Positions 26,280 through 39,244 of a DNA stretch of 64,000 nucleotides are shown here, piece by piece. How positions within the stretch are numbered: the first letter of the stretch is position 1; every line of letters starts with the position of its first letter. The notes below the pieces were generated by a model that did no database searches, was not told where the DNA came from, and saw nothing but the letters and a program-made list of their open reading frames with translations. The position numbers were made by a program, and so were the translations under genes. The DNA is taken from assembly GCF_988243305.1 (NCBI RefSeq), contig NZ_OZ547136.1. One strand, written 5' to 3'.

Positions 26280-27524
26280 ATGACTACGCAACGTTCACCG
26301 GGGCTATTCCGGCGTCTGGCTCATGGCAGCCTGGTAAAACAAATCCTGGTCGGCCTTGTTCTGGGGATTCTTCTGGCATGGATCTCAAAACCCGCGGCGG
26401 AAGCTGTTGGTCTGTTAGGTACTTTGTTCGTCGGCGCACTGAAAGCCGTTGCCCCCATCCTGGTGTTGATGCTGGTAATGGCGTCTATTGCTAACCACCA
26501 GCACGGGCAGAAAACCAATATCCGTCCTATTTTGTTCCTCTATCTACTGGGCACCTTCTCTGCTGCTCTGGCCGCAGTAGTCTTCAGCTTTGCCTTCCCT
26601 TCTACCCTGCACTTATCCAGTAGCGCGGGTGATATTTCGCCGCCGTCAGGCATTGTAGAAGTGATGCGCGGGCTGGTAATGAGCATGGTTTCCAACCCCA
26701 TCGACGCGCTGCTGAAAGGTAACTACATCGGGATCCTGGTGTGGGCAATTGGCCTCGGTTTCGCACTGCGTCACGGTAACGAGACCACCAAAAACCTGGT
26801 CAACGATATGTCGAATGCCGTCACCTTTATGGTGAAACTGGTCATTCGCTTCGCACCGATCGGTATTTTTGGTCTGGTTTCTTCTACCCTGGCAACCACC
26901 GGTTTCTCCACACTGTGGGGCTACGCGCAACTGCTGGTCGTGCTGGTTGGCTGTATGCTGCTGGTGGCGCTGGTGGTTAACCCCTTGCTGGTGTGGTGGA
27001 AAATTCGTCGTAACCCGTTCCCGCTGGTGCTGCTGTGCCTGCGCGAAAGCGGCGTGTACGCCTTCTTCACCCGCAGCTCTGCGGCGAACATTCCGGTGAA
27101 TATGGCGCTGTGTGAAAAGCTGAATCTGGATCGCGATACCTATTCCGTTTCTATTCCGCTGGGTGCCACCATCAATATGGCGGGCGCAGCAATCACCATT
27201 ACCGTGTTGACGCTGGCTGCGGTTAATACGCTGGGTATTCCGGTCGATCTGCCCACAGCGCTGCTGTTGAGCGTAGTGGCTTCTCTGTGTGCCTGTGGCG
27301 CATCCGGCGTGGCGGGGGGTTCTCTGCTGCTGATCCCACTGGCCTGTAATATGTTCGGTATTTCGAACGATATCGCCATGCAGGTGGTTGCCGTCGGCTT
27401 TATCATCGGCGTATTGCAGGACTCTTGCGAAACCGCGCTGAACTCTTCAACTGACGTGCTATTCACTGCGGCAGCTTGCCAGGCAGAAGACGATCGTCTG
27501 GCAAATAGCGCCCTGCGTAATTAA
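26280..27524 (+). CDS. sstT: Na+-coupled serine/threonine transporter
   Basis: 414-aa polytopic ORF matching K-12 SstT. Confidence 0.95.
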   Translation: MTTQRSPGLFRRLAHGSLVKQILVGLVLGILLAWISKPAAEAVGLLGTLFVGALKAVAPILVLMLVMASIANHQHGQKTNIRPILFLYLLGTFSAALAAVVFSFAFPSTLHLSSSAGDISPPSGIVEVMRGLVMSMVSNPIDALLKGNYIGILVWAIGLGFALRHGNETTKNLVNDMSNAVTFMVKLVIRFAPIGIFGLVSSTLATTGFSTLWGYAQLLVVLVGCMLLVALVVNPLLVWWKIRRNPFPLVLLCLRESGVYAFFTRSSAANIPVNMALCEKLNLDRDTYSVSIPLGATINMAGAAITITVLTLAAVNTLGIPVDLPTALLLSVVASLCACGASGVAGGSLLLIPLACNMFGISNDIAMQVVAVGFIIGVLQDSCETALNSSTDVLFTAAACQAEDDRLANSALRN

Positions 27525-27528
27525 TTGT

Positions 27529-28080
27529 TTAACCCCTTTCGTCTACGGCGGAAGGGGTTTTCTCTACTTTAAACGGATCAATTCCCCTTTTCTGCATCCG
27601 CCAGAAACGAATGATATTCAGACCATTCATCAGCAGAAAACTACCCTCAATCATCGTGCCGCCTATCGACCCCGCCCAGAAGTTGTGAATCACCCAGCAA
27701 CACGTTGAAAACCACATTACGCAGCGCATGGTCAGCCCTTTACAGCGGAATAGCGCCCAGGTACTGACAATCGTGCCGATAACCGGCAATAGTTCGACAG
27801 GATGATGGAACTTCGCGAGGCCAATTCCGCCAGTCAGCACAATAAAAATCGCCATTACCCATAAGCTGCGCGTGCGTAAGGTAATCAATGTACGAATGGC
27901 ATTAAGGATGGCACTGGCACCAGCGGGATAGGTGCCCAGAAGAAAAAAATGTACGCCAATAACGGCGCTATAGACCGAAAGCTGCTTTTTGAAGCGACGT
28001 TCGTCACGATTGAAAAATGTTGTGATACCAATCAGAAAGGCGATGACACCCACGCCCTGGGCCAGCCAATACGCGGTCAT
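27529..28080 (-). CDS. ygjV: inner membrane protein YgjV
   Basis: 183-aa hydrophobic ORF, K-12 synteny. Confidence 0.9.
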   Translation of the reverse strand: MTAYWLAQGVGVIAFLIGITTFFNRDERRFKKQLSVYSAVIGVHFFLLGTYPAGASAILNAIRTLITLRTRSLWVMAIFIVLTGGIGLAKFHHPVELLPVIGTIVSTWALFRCKGLTMRCVMWFSTCCWVIHNFWAGSIGGTMIEGSFLLMNGLNIIRFWRMQKRGIDPFKVEKTPSAVDERG

Positions 28081-28162
28081 GATAAATCCTTAGCAGGTAT
28101 GGAAAAGCAAACGGCGCTTCACATTATGAAACGCCGTTTTTTATTAACAACTCATTTCGACT

Positions 28163-29650
28163 TTATAGCGTTACGCCGCTTTTGAAGATCGCCAGTTCGC
28201 GGAAGTCGTTACGCTCGTTGCAGGTTTGTTTACCATTGGCAAACTCAACGATGGTGTCGATAAATTCTTCCAGCAACTGCGGCATCGCTTTACCGTGGAT
28301 CAGCTGACCCGCGTCAAAGTCGATCCAGTGTTTTTTCTTCGCCGCCAGTTCACTGTTGGTGGCGATTTTCACCGTCGGTACAAAGCCGCCGTATGGCGTG
28401 CCGCGACCAGTACTGAACAGCACCATATGGCAGCCCGCACCCGCCAGGGCGCTGGTCGCTACGGCATCGTTACCTGGCGCACTTAACAAGTTCAGCCCCG
28501 GCGTTTTCAGACGCTCGCCGTAACGCAGCACGTCAACCACGACACTGGAACCGGCTTTCTGGGTACAGCCAAGTGATTTGTCTTCCAGCGTGGTGATACC
28601 GCCCGCTTTGTTCCCCGGCGATGGGTTTTCATAGATCGGCTGGTCATGGGCAATAAAGTACTGCTTGAAGTCATTGACCATGGTGACCAGTTTTTCAAAC
28701 GTTGCTTCGTCGCGGCAATGGTCCATCAGCAACTGCTCTGCGCCAAACATCTCCGGCACTTCGGTCAGTACGGTAGTACCGCCGTTAGCAATCACGTAGT
28801 CAGAGAAACGCCCCAGCATCGGGTTAGCAGTAATACCAGAAAGACCGTCAGAACCACCACACTCCAGACCAAACTTCAGTTCGCTAAGTTTGCCTGGCTC
28901 GCGCTTGTCGTTGCGCATCACGTTATACAGCTGATGCAAATGCTCGATCCCGGCTTCGATCTCATCATCCTGCTGTTGGCAGATCATGAAATGAACGCGT
29001 TCAGGATCGATATCGCCCAGCGTTTCACGGAATGCGGCAACCTGGTTGTTTTCACAGCCCAGACCAATCACCAGCACTGCGCCCGCGTTCGGGTGGCGCA
29101 CCATGTTTTGCAGCATGGTGCGGGTATTGATGTGATCGTCGCCCAGCTGTGAGCAGCCGTAGGTGTGGCTGAAGAGGAACACGCCGTCAGTACCTTCGGC
29201 GTTGTTGGTCTCTTTCAGGAAACGATTTTGGATCTGCCGCGCGATGCCGTTGACACAGCCCACGGTTGGCAGGATCCAGAGCTCATTACGCACCCCGACA
29301 TCGCCGTTAGCGCGACGATAGATCTGCACTTCACGATCTGCCGCTTGCGCAGGCAGATCCTGAAAATCAGGTTGATAGCGATACTGATCCAGATCGCTCA
29401 GATTCGTGCGCGTATTGTGGGCGTGAACGTGTTCCCCCGCCGCAATATCCGCCAATGCATAACCAATCGGCAGGCCATATTTGATGACGTTGGCCCCTTT
29501 TGCGATATCCGTTAACGCAAATTTATGTCCACGAGCAACATCCTGGCGCAGCGTAACAGTCTGGTTATCGACACTGACTTCTGTGCCTTCAGCCAAATCC
29601 GCTAAAGCAACCGCGACGTTATCCAGCGCATGGATCTTGATGTATTGCAT
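28163..29650 (-). CDS. uxaA: altronate dehydratase
   Basis: 495-aa ORF matching K-12 UxaA. Confidence 0.95.
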   Translation of the reverse strand: MQYIKIHALDNVAVALADLAEGTEVSVDNQTVTLRQDVARGHKFALTDIAKGANVIKYGLPIGYALADIAAGEHVHAHNTRTNLSDLDQYRYQPDFQDLPAQAADREVQIYRRANGDVGVRNELWILPTVGCVNGIARQIQNRFLKETNNAEGTDGVFLFSHTYGCSQLGDDHINTRTMLQNMVRHPNAGAVLVIGLGCENNQVAAFRETLGDIDPERVHFMICQQQDDEIEAGIEHLHQLYNVMRNDKREPGKLSELKFGLECGGSDGLSGITANPMLGRFSDYVIANGGTTVLTEVPEMFGAEQLLMDHCRDEATFEKLVTMVNDFKQYFIAHDQPIYENPSPGNKAGGITTLEDKSLGCTQKAGSSVVVDVLRYGERLKTPGLNLLSAPGNDAVATSALAGAGCHMVLFSTGRGTPYGGFVPTVKIATNSELAAKKKHWIDFDAGQLIHGKAMPQLLEEFIDTIVEFANGKQTCNERNDFRELAIFKSGVTL

Positions 29651-29664
29651 ATCAACCCCAGACC

Positions 29665-31559
<1,895 letters not shown>

Positions 31560-32858
31560 ATGCGTAAAATTAAAGGGTTACGTTGGTATATGATCGCACT
31601 GGTGACGCTCGGCACCGTGCTTGGTTACCTGACGCGTAACACTGTGGCGGCAGCTGCGCCAACTCTGATGGAAGAGTTAAACATCTCCACCCAACAGTAT
31701 TCCTATATCATCGCAGCCTATTCTGCTGCTTATACGGTCATGCAACCGGTAGCAGGTTATGTACTGGATGTGCTGGGTACGAAAATCGGTTATGCAATGT
31801 TTGCTGTGCTGTGGGCCGTGTTCTGTGGTGCAACCGCGCTGGCAGGTAGCTGGGGCGGCCTGGCTGTTGCTCGTGGTGCGGTCGGTGCCGCGGAAGCAGC
31901 GATGATCCCGGCGGGTCTGAAAGCCAGCTCCGAATGGTTCCCGGCGAAAGAGCGTTCCATCGCGGTAGGTTACTTTAACGTAGGTTCTTCGATTGGTGCG
32001 ATGATTGCACCGCCGCTGGTGGTATGGGCAATCGTAATGCACAGCTGGCAGATGGCATTTATCATCTCCGGTGCATTGAGCTTTATCTGGGCGATGGCAT
32101 GGCTGATTTTCTATAAACATCCGCGCGACCAGAAGCATCTGACCGATGAAGAACGCGACTACATTATTAATGGTCAGGAAGCCCAGCACCAGGTTGACAC
32201 AGCGAAGAAAATGTCCGTTGGTCAGATCCTGCGTAACCGTCAGTTCTGGGGTATCGCGCTGCCGCGCTTCCTGGCAGAACCGGCATGGGGTACTTTTAAC
32301 GCGTGGATCCCGCTGTTCATGTTTAAAGTTTACGGCTTTAACCTGAAAGAGATCGCGATGTTTGCCTGGATGCCGATGCTATTTGCTGACCTCGGTTGTA
32401 TTCTCGGTGGTTACCTGCCGCCGCTGTTCCAGCGTTGGTTTGGTGTGAACCTGATCGTTTCCCGTAAGATGGTCGTAACGCTGGGTGCGGTGCTGATGAT
32501 TGGCCCGGGTATGATCGGTCTGTTCACCAACCCGTATGTCGCGATTATGCTGCTGTGTATCGGTGGTTTTGCTCACCAGGCACTGTCTGGCGCACTGATT
32601 ACGCTCTCTTCTGACGTGTTCGGTCGTAACGAAGTGGCGACGGCGAACGGTTTAACCGGGATGTCCGCATGGCTGGCAAGTACGCTGTTTGCACTGGTAG
32701 TCGGTGCACTGGCTGACACCATCGGCTTCAGCCCGCTGTTCGCAGTTCTGGCAGTGTTCGACCTGTTAGGTGCACTGGTTATCTGGACCGTGTTGCAGAA
32801 CAAACCGGCGATTGAGGTGGCGCAGGAATCACATAACGATCCCGCACCGCAACATTAA
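31560..32858 (+). CDS. exuT: hexuronate transporter (MFS)
   Basis: 432-aa product from ATG 31560 (MRKIKGLRWYMIALV...); 12-TM MFS pattern. Confidence 0.9.
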   Translation: MRKIKGLRWYMIALVTLGTVLGYLTRNTVAAAAPTLMEELNISTQQYSYIIAAYSAAYTVMQPVAGYVLDVLGTKIGYAMFAVLWAVFCGATALAGSWGGLAVARGAVGAAEAAMIPAGLKASSEWFPAKERSIAVGYFNVGSSIGAMIAPPLVVWAIVMHSWQMAFIISGALSFIWAMAWLIFYKHPRDQKHLTDEERDYIINGQEAQHQVDTAKKMSVGQILRNRQFWGIALPRFLAEPAWGTFNAWIPLFMFKVYGFNLKEIAMFAWMPMLFADLGCILGGYLPPLFQRWFGVNLIVSRKMVVTLGAVLMIGPGMIGLFTNPYVAIMLLCIGGFAHQALSGALITLSSDVFGRNEVATANGLTGMSAWLASTLFALVVGALADTIGFSPLFAVLAVFDLLGALVIWTVLQNKPAIEVAQESHNDPAPQH

Positions 32859-32987
32859 GGCTTCGTGTAAGTTTTAGTTTCCCTTCAAAGCCGCCTTCTC
32901 AGGCGGCTTTTTCATCACTGTGAGTAGAGCTAAACTCGCAAAAGTGGTATAACAAATATAGTCTGCCGTATCATGCCTGGAGCGCAT

Positions 32988-33764
32988 ATGGAAATCACTG
33001 AACCACGCCGTTTGTATCAACAACTTGCCGCTGATCTGAAAGAGCGCATCGAACAGGGCGTCTATCTGGTGGGTGATAAACTGCCTGCTGAGCGCTTTAT
33101 TGCCGATGAAAAAAACGTCAGCCGCACCGTGGTTCGTGAAGCCATCATCATGCTGGAAGTTGAAGGCTATGTCGAAGTGCGTAAAGGTTCAGGTATTCAT
33201 GTGGTTTCCAACCAGCCGCGCCATCAGCAGGCGGCTGACAATAATATGGAATTCGCCAATTACGGTCCGTTTGAGTTGCTTCAGGCTCGCCAGCTCATCG
33301 AAAGTAATATTGCCGAATTCGCGGCAACTCAGGTAACGAAACAGGACATCATGAAACTGATGGCCATCCAGGAGCAGGCGCGCGGCGAACAATGCTTCCG
33401 TGATTCCGAGTGGGATTTGCAGTTCCACATTCAGGTAGCCCTGGCGACGCAGAACTCCGCCCTGGCGGCTATCGTTGAAAAAATGTGGACCCAACGTAGC
33501 CATAACCCGTACTGGAAAAAACTACACGAACACATTGATGCCCGTACTGTCGATAACTGGTGCGATGACCACGATCAGATCCTAAAGGCGTTAATTCGCA
33601 AAGATCCTCATGCTGCTAAGCTGGCAATGTGGCAGCATCTGGAAAACACCAAAATCATGTTATTTAACGAAACCAGCGACGATTTCGAGTTCAATGCCGA
33701 CCGCTATCTGTTCGCAGAAAACCCGGTTGTGCATCTCGATACGGCCACCAGCGGCAGCAAATGA
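32988..33764 (+). CDS. exuR: GntR/FadR-family hexuronate regulon repressor
   Basis: 258-aa product from ATG 32988 ([12 protein letters not shown]...), N-terminal wHTH. Confidence 0.9.
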   Translation: MEITEPRRLYQQLAADLKERIEQGVYLVGDKLPAERFIADEKNVSRTVVREAIIMLEVEGYVEVRKGSGIHVVSNQPRHQQAADNNMEFANYGPFELLQARQLIESNIAEFAATQVTKQDIMKLMAIQEQARGEQCFRDSEWDLQFHIQVALATQNSALAAIVEKMWTQRSHNPYWKKLHEHIDARTVDNWCDDHDQILKALIRKDPHAAKLAMWQHLENTKIMLFNETSDDFEFNADRYLFAENPVVHLDTATSGSK

Positions 33765-33775
33765 AATTTCCATCC

Positions 33776-33805
33776 GACAGGCGCTGCAATGCGCCTGTTT
33801 GCTTC
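33776..33805 (+). terminator. intrinsic terminator after exuR
   Basis: hairpin caggcgc-tgcaatg-gcgcctg followed by tttgctt. Confidence 0.45.
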
Positions 33806-34108
33806 GTCAGTAAGCGAAAAGTATAAAGTGTCAGCCTGTGTAAATCCTCTCGCCACCCTCCCCTGCAATCAGCAAAATCAGACTCCACGGACATGTAATT
33901 TTGATAACGAACAACGTTGACCTTTGTTACAATTAGATTCAATTTGAATTTATGCTTTTGAATGCTTTCTTATCTCACGATTTAACAGGGAATAGTTCAG
34001 GCTGTGTTGATGTATCAAACCCGCAAAACATACCAAAACAGCAATAACATTGCGGTAGTGCATCTTTTAAAACCAGCGTGGCGTTAACCGATTCACCAGG
34101 AATAATGA

Positions 34109-34771
34109 ATGGAACTTTTGACCCAATTGCTGCAAGCCCTGTGGGCGCAGGATTTTGAAACCCTGGCCAATCCGTCGATGATTGGCATGTTGTATTTTGT
34201 CTTGTTTGTAATTTTGTTCCTTGAAAACGGCTTGCTTCCGGCGGCCTTTTTACCGGGCGACAGTTTACTGGTGTTGGTCGGCGTATTGATTGCGAAAGGC
34301 GCGATGGGCTATCCGCAAACGATTCTGCTACTGACCGTTGCCGCCAGCCTCGGTTGCTGGGTCAGCTATATTCAGGGGCGATGGCTGGGCAATACCCGCA
34401 CAGTACAAAACTGGCTATCTCATTTACCCGCGCATTATCATCAACGCGCACACCATCTTTTTCATAAACACGGTTTATCGGCGCTGTTAATTGGTCGCTT
34501 TATTGCATTTGTCAGAACACTGCTGCCGACGATTGCCGGATTATCAGGGCTGAATAACGCGCGCTTTCAGTTCTTCAACTGGATGAGCGGTCTGCTGTGG
34601 GTATTGATCCTGACAACTCTGGGTTACATGCTCGGCAAAACGCCGGTATTTTTAAAGTACGAGGACCAGCTGATGTCATGCCTGATGCTGCTCCCGGTGG
34701 TGCTGCTGGTGTTTGGCCTGGCAGGTTCTCTGGTCGTGTTATGGAAAAAGAAATATGGAAATCGGGGGTAA
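34109..34771 (+). CDS. yqjA: DedA-family inner membrane protein
   Basis: 220-aa ORF matching K-12 YqjA. Confidence 0.9.
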   Translation: MELLTQLLQALWAQDFETLANPSMIGMLYFVLFVILFLENGLLPAAFLPGDSLLVLVGVLIAKGAMGYPQTILLLTVAASLGCWVSYIQGRWLGNTRTVQNWLSHLPAHYHQRAHHLFHKHGLSALLIGRFIAFVRTLLPTIAGLSGLNNARFQFFNWMSGLLWVLILTTLGYMLGKTPVFLKYEDQLMSCLMLLPVVLLVFGLAGSLVVLWKKKYGNRG

Positions 34772-34774
34772 GGG

Positions 34775-35158
34775 ATGCAAATACCTCGCATGTCGCTTCG
34801 CCAGCTAGCCTGGTCCGGCGCTGTTTTACTTCTGGTCGGCACACTGTTGCTGGCCTGGTCCGCGGTTCGCCAGCAAGAGTCTACGCTGGCGATTCGTGCC
34901 GTTCATCAAGGGACAACGATGCCAGACGGTTTTTCAATCTGGCATCACCTTGACGCTCACGGCATTCCTTTCAAAAGTATCACCCCCAAAAATGACACTC
35001 TGTTAATTACCTTTGACTCCAGCGACCAGAGTGCCGCCGCAAAAGCGGTCCTCGACAGAACATTGCCCCATGGCTACATCATCGCGCAGCAGGACAATAA
35101 TAGTCAGGCTATGCAGTGGCTGACCCGGTTGCGGGATAACTCTCATCGCTTCGGATAA
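34775..35158 (+). CDS. mzrA: modulator of EnvZ/OmpR
   Basis: 127-aa ORF with single N-terminal TM, immediately after yqjA. Confidence 0.9.
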   Translation: MQIPRMSLRQLAWSGAVLLLVGTLLLAWSAVRQQESTLAIRAVHQGTTMPDGFSIWHHLDAHGIPFKSITPKNDTLLITFDSSDQSAAAKAVLDRTLPHGYIIAQQDNNSQAMQWLTRLRDNSHRFG

Positions 35159-35304
35159 CTTCCTGTTATCCGAAACATATCACTGACTTTGGTGATTTCA
35201 CCGTAACTGTCTATGATTAATGAGGCGGTGGTTAACACTACCGCTTCGTTGTCTGGACAATCGTTCCTTTGTAATAGGTCCGAATCACAATGGAAGGTTC
35301 AAGA

Positions 35305-35673
35305 ATGAAATACCGCATCGCTTTAGCTGTTTCTCTTTTTGCTCTTAGTGCCGGTAGTTATGCCACTACCCTGTGTCAGGAAAAGGAGCAAAATATCCTT
35401 AAGGAGATCAGCTATGCCGAAAAACACCAAAACCAGAATCGTATTGACGGTCTGAATAAAGCCCTGAGTGAAGTCCGGGCCAACTGTTCAGATAGCCAGC
35501 TGCGTGCCGATCATCAGAAGAAAATCGCAAAGCAGAAAGATGAGGTGGCGGAACGCCAGCAAGATTTAGCCGAGGCGAAGCAAAAAGGCGATGCCGATAA
35601 GATTGCCAAACGCGAACGGAAACTGGCAGAAGCGCAGGAAGAGCTGAAAAAGCTGGAAGCGCGCGACTACTAA
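35305..35673 (+). CDS. yqjC: DUF1090 periplasmic protein YqjC
   Basis: 122-aa product from second ATG (MKYRIALAVSLFALSAGSYA signal peptide). Confidence 0.85.
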   Translation: MKYRIALAVSLFALSAGSYATTLCQEKEQNILKEISYAEKHQNQNRIDGLNKALSEVRANCSDSQLRADHQKKIAKQKDEVAERQQDLAEAKQKGDADKIAKRERKLAEAQEELKKLEARDY

Positions 35674-35710
35674 CTCACAATAGTCACTACTTACTCACCT
35701 GGAGAAAACT

Positions 35711-36016
35711 ATGTCGAAAGAACACACTACGGAACATCTGCGTGCTGAGTTGAAATCCCTTTCCGATACGCTGGAAGAGGTGCTTAGCTCATCTGGCGAG
35801 AAGTCGAAAGAAGAGTTGAGTAAGATTCGTAGCAAAGCGGAGCAGGCACTGAAACAGAGCCGTTATCGCCTGGGTGAAACCGGTGATGCCATCGCCAAAC
35901 AAACCCGTGTCGCGGCGGCGCGTGCCGATGAGTATGTGCGTGAAAATCCATGGACGGGCGTGGGCATTGGCGCTGCAATCGGTGTAGTGCTCGGCGTTCT
36001 GCTGTCGCGTCGTTAA
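35711..36016 (+). CDS. yqjD: ElaB/YqjD-family ribosome-associated membrane-anchored protein
   Basis: 101-aa ORF with C-terminal TM (GVGIGAAIGVVLGVLL). Confidence 0.9.
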   Translation: MSKEHTTEHLRAELKSLSDTLEEVLSSSGEKSKEELSKIRSKAEQALKQSRYRLGETGDAIAKQTRVAAARADEYVRENPWTGVGIGAAIGVVLGVLLSRR

Positions 36017-36018
36017 TT

Positions 36019-36423
36019 ATGGCGGACACTCATCACGCGCAAGGGCCCGGTAAAAGCGTTCTGGGCATCGGGCAGCGAATTGTTTCCATCATGGTTGAAA
36101 TGGTGGAAACACGTCTGCGGCTGGCGGTGGTGGAGCTGGAAGAGGAAAAAGCGAATCTCTTTCAACTTTTACTGATGCTGGGCCTGACGATGCTTTTCGC
36201 TGCATTTGGTCTTATGAGCCTGATGGTGCTGATTATTTGGGCGGTTGATCCGCAATATCGCCTGAATGCGATGATTGCCACCACCGTGGTGTTGCTGCTA
36301 CTGGCACTGATTGGCGGTATCTGGACGTTACGTAAATCGCGTAAATCCACCTTGCTGCGCCATACACGCCATGAGCTGGCAAACGATCGGCAGCTGCTCG
36401 AGGAGGAGTCCCGTGAGCAGTAA
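36019..36423 (+). CDS. yqjE: inner membrane protein YqjE
   Basis: 134-aa product from ATG 36019 (MADTHHAQGPGKS...), 2 nt after yqjD stop. Confidence 0.9.
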   Translation: MADTHHAQGPGKSVLGIGQRIVSIMVEMVETRLRLAVVELEEEKANLFQLLLMLGLTMLFAAFGLMSLMVLIIWAVDPQYRLNAMIATTVVLLLLALIGGIWTLRKSRKSTLLRHTRHELANDRQLLEEESREQ

Positions 36424-36712
36424 AGTCGAACGTGAACGACGTAAGGCGCAACTGCTTAGCCAGATCCAGCAACAACGGCTGGATCTTTCTGCCAGTCGTC
36501 GTGAATGGCTGGAGGCAACAGGCGCTTACGATCGTCGCTGGAATATGCTGCTAAGTCTGCGCTCCTGGGCGCTGGTTGGCAGTAGCGTGATGGCGATCTG
36601 GACGATTCGCCATCCTAATATGCTGGTCCGCTGGGCCAGACGCGGTTTTGGCGTATGGAGCGCCTGGCGTCTGGTGAAAACGACCCTCAAGCAGCAACAA
36701 CTTCGCGGTTAA
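36413..36712 (+). CDS. yqjK: small protein YqjK
   Basis: 99-aa product from GTG 36413 overlapping the yqjE 3' end; start choice from memory of K-12 annotation. Confidence 0.75.
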   Translation: MSSKVERERRKAQLLSQIQQQRLDLSASRREWLEATGAYDRRWNMLLSLRSWALVGSSVMAIWTIRHPNMLVRWARRGFGVWSAWRLVKTTLKQQQLRG

Positions 36713-36897
36713 CTTCCCTCTGGCCGGAGCCATTCCGGCCTTATCCCTCAAATTTTTTGAAGATTTTTGACAGTTTTCCTTGCTAACATTCATCATTCAC
36801 CACGTTTATGATTCTCTCCATCGACAGCAACGACGCTAATACCGCGCCCTTGCACAAAAAAACAATCAGCAGCCTGAGTGGCGCAGTGGAGAGTATG

Positions 36898-37290
36898 ATG
36901 AAAAAATTAGAAGATGTTGGTGTACTGGTAGCGCGCATTTTAATGCCGATTCTGTTTATTACCGCAGGCTGGGGAAAAATTACTGGCTACGCGGGTACCC
37001 AACAATATATGGAAGCGATGGGTGTCCCAGGCTTTATGCTGCCGCTGGTGATTCTGCTTGAGTTTGGTGGTGGTCTGGCAATCCTGTTCGGTTTCCTGAC
37101 TCGCACCACAGCCCTGTTTACTGCGGGCTTTACGCTGCTGACGGCATTTTTATTTCACAGCAACTTTGCTGAAGGCGTCAACTCGCTGATGTTCATGAAA
37201 AACCTGACAATTTCTGGCGGATTCCTGCTGCTGGCAATTACCGGTCCGGGAGCGTATAGCATCGACCGCCTGCTGAATAAAAAGTGGTAA
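36898..37290 (+). CDS. yqjF: DoxX-family inner membrane protein
   Basis: 130-aa product from ATG 36898 (MKKLEDVGVLVARIL...). Confidence 0.85.
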   Translation: MKKLEDVGVLVARILMPILFITAGWGKITGYAGTQQYMEAMGVPGFMLPLVILLEFGGGLAILFGFLTRTTALFTAGFTLLTAFLFHSNFAEGVNSLMFMKNLTISGGFLLLAITGPGAYSIDRLLNKKW

Positions 37291-37359
37291 GCACGAGCTA
37301 TACTTAACGATAAAAAACGAGGAGGAAGCTCCTCGTTTTTGCTATTGGAGGAGAGAAAA

Positions 37360-38346
37360 ATGGGTCAACTGATTGACGGCGTCTGGCATGACACCTGGTA
37401 CGACACCAAATCCACCGGCGGTAAATTTCAACGTTCAGCTTCCGCATTTCGTAACTGGCTCACTGCCGATGGCGCTCCTGGCCCCACTGGCACAGGCGGT
37501 TTTATCGCAGAGAAAGATCGTTATCATCTCTATGTTTCACTCGCCTGCCCGTGGGCGCACCGCACGCTGATCATGCGCAAACTCAAAGGACTGGAACCGT
37601 TTATTTCCGTTTCCGTAGTGAACCCGCTGATGCTGGAAAACGGCTGGACCTTTGATGACAGTTTTCCAGGTGCAACCGGCGATACACTCTATCAACATGA
37701 ATTTTTGTATCAGCTTTATCTCCACGCCGATCCAGACTACAGCGGACGAGTGACTGTTCCCGTACTGTGGGACAAAAAGAACCACACCATCGTCAGCAAC
37801 GAATCAGCGGAAATCATCCGCATGTTCAATACCGCGTTTGATGCGCTGGGTGCGAAAGCTGGAGATTACTACCCACCAGCCCTGCAACCGAAAATTGACG
37901 AACTTAACGCCTGGATTTATGACACCGTTAACAATGGCGTGTATAAAGCCGGTTTTGCCACCAGCCAGCAAGCCTACGACGAGGCGGTAGTGAAAGTGTT
38001 TGAATCGCTGGCGCGACTGGAGCAGATTTTAGGCCAGCATCGTTACCTGACCGGCAACCAGCTAACCGAAGCCGATATTCGCCTGTGGACCACGCTGGTG
38101 CGTTTTGATCCGGTGTATGTCACCCACTTCAAGTGTGATAAGCACCGCATCAGCGATTACCTGAACCTGTATGGTTTCCTGCGCGATATCTACCAGATGC
38201 CGGGGATTGCCGAAACTGTCAATTTCGAACACATCCGTAATCACTACTTCCGCAGCCATAAGACCATCAACCCTACGGGGATTATTTCAATTGGTCCGTG
38301 GCAGGATCTCGATGAACCGCATGGACGAGATGTTCGCTTCGGTTAA
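37360..38346 (+). CDS. yqjG: glutathionyl-hydroquinone reductase (Xi-class GST)
   Basis: 328-aa product from ATG 37360 (MGQLIDGVWHDTWYD...), CPWA active-site motif. Confidence 0.9.
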   Translation: MGQLIDGVWHDTWYDTKSTGGKFQRSASAFRNWLTADGAPGPTGTGGFIAEKDRYHLYVSLACPWAHRTLIMRKLKGLEPFISVSVVNPLMLENGWTFDDSFPGATGDTLYQHEFLYQLYLHADPDYSGRVTVPVLWDKKNHTIVSNESAEIIRMFNTAFDALGAKAGDYYPPALQPKIDELNAWIYDTVNNGVYKAGFATSQQAYDEAVVKVFESLARLEQILGQHRYLTGNQLTEADIRLWTTLVRFDPVYVTHFKCDKHRISDYLNLYGFLRDIYQMPGIAETVNFEHIRNHYFRSHKTINPTGIISIGPWQDLDEPHGRDVRFG

Positions 38347-38389
38347 AAAAAGGCACCTTACGAGGTGCCTCTGATTATTAGCTAAGTGC

Positions 38390-38500
38390 ATGTTGTTCAT
38401 GTCGGATGCGGCGTGAACGCTTTATCAAACCTACAAAACATTTTATATTCAATATGTTGCAAGGACAGCGTAGGCCAGATAAGCGTAGCGCATCTGGCAA
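38390..38500. repeat. REP/BIME elements between yqjG and yhaH
   Basis: gtcggatgcggcgtgaacgctttatc and gtaggccagataagcgtagcgcatctggc palindromic units. Confidence 0.5.
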
Positions 38501-38637
38501 TTTTGCTTGTCATCAGTTTTAGCGCGCCTTCACAGCACCTTACTAATTCATTAAACGAATATTTACTGCCATTTCATTCACGTCTATTCTTAATTTGCTG
38601 CTTTAAAAACAAGTGATTGAGCAAAATTGAGGCAAAA

Positions 38638-39003
38638 ATGGACTGGTATCTGAAAGTACTAAAAAATTATGTCGGTTTCCGGGGTCGTGCGCGGCGCAAA
38701 GAGTACTGGATGTTTATTCTGGTCAACATCATCTTTACGTTCGTGCTGGGGCTGCTGGATAAAATGTTAGGCTGGCAACGTGCCGGTGGCGAAGGCATCC
38801 TGACGACAATCTACGGTATTCTGGTGTTTTTACCGTGGTGGGCGGTTCAGTTCCGCCGCCTGCACGACACCGACCGCTCGGCGTGGTGGGCACTGCTATT
38901 CTTAATCCCGTTTATCGGCTGGCTTATTATCATCGTCTTTAACTGCCAGGCGGGTACGCCAGGCGAAAACCGCTTTGGACCAGATCCAAAACTGGAACCT
39001 TAA
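38638..39003 (+). CDS. yhaH: DUF805 inner membrane protein
   Basis: 121-aa product from ATG 38638 (MDWYLKVLKNYVGFRGRARRKEYWMF...). Confidence 0.85.
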   Translation: MDWYLKVLKNYVGFRGRARRKEYWMFILVNIIFTFVLGLLDKMLGWQRAGGEGILTTIYGILVFLPWWAVQFRRLHDTDRSAWWALLFLIPFIGWLIIIVFNCQAGTPGENRFGPDPKLEP

Positions 39004-39244
39004 AACAAATCTGCTCGCCGGATGTCTGACTCATCCGGCTTTTATCATCATGTTGATGAATGAATAATTTACTAATGTTTATTTAAAATATTTCAATGTC
39101 GTTATATAAATTACCTATAAAAAATAACCATATATTTATCTTAAATATCAAAACCTTTATAACATCCGAAAAAGAAAGATACGAATAGCATTTACTCCAT
39201 CCCCGGAATAGACTTTCGCAACTTTTAATTAAAGGGATGTTTTT

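Noticed and set aside
38386-38616. 76-aa ORF between yqjG and yhaH
   Set aside because: It overlaps REP elements and the yhaH promoter region, with no RBS and an atypical composition; not supported as a gene.
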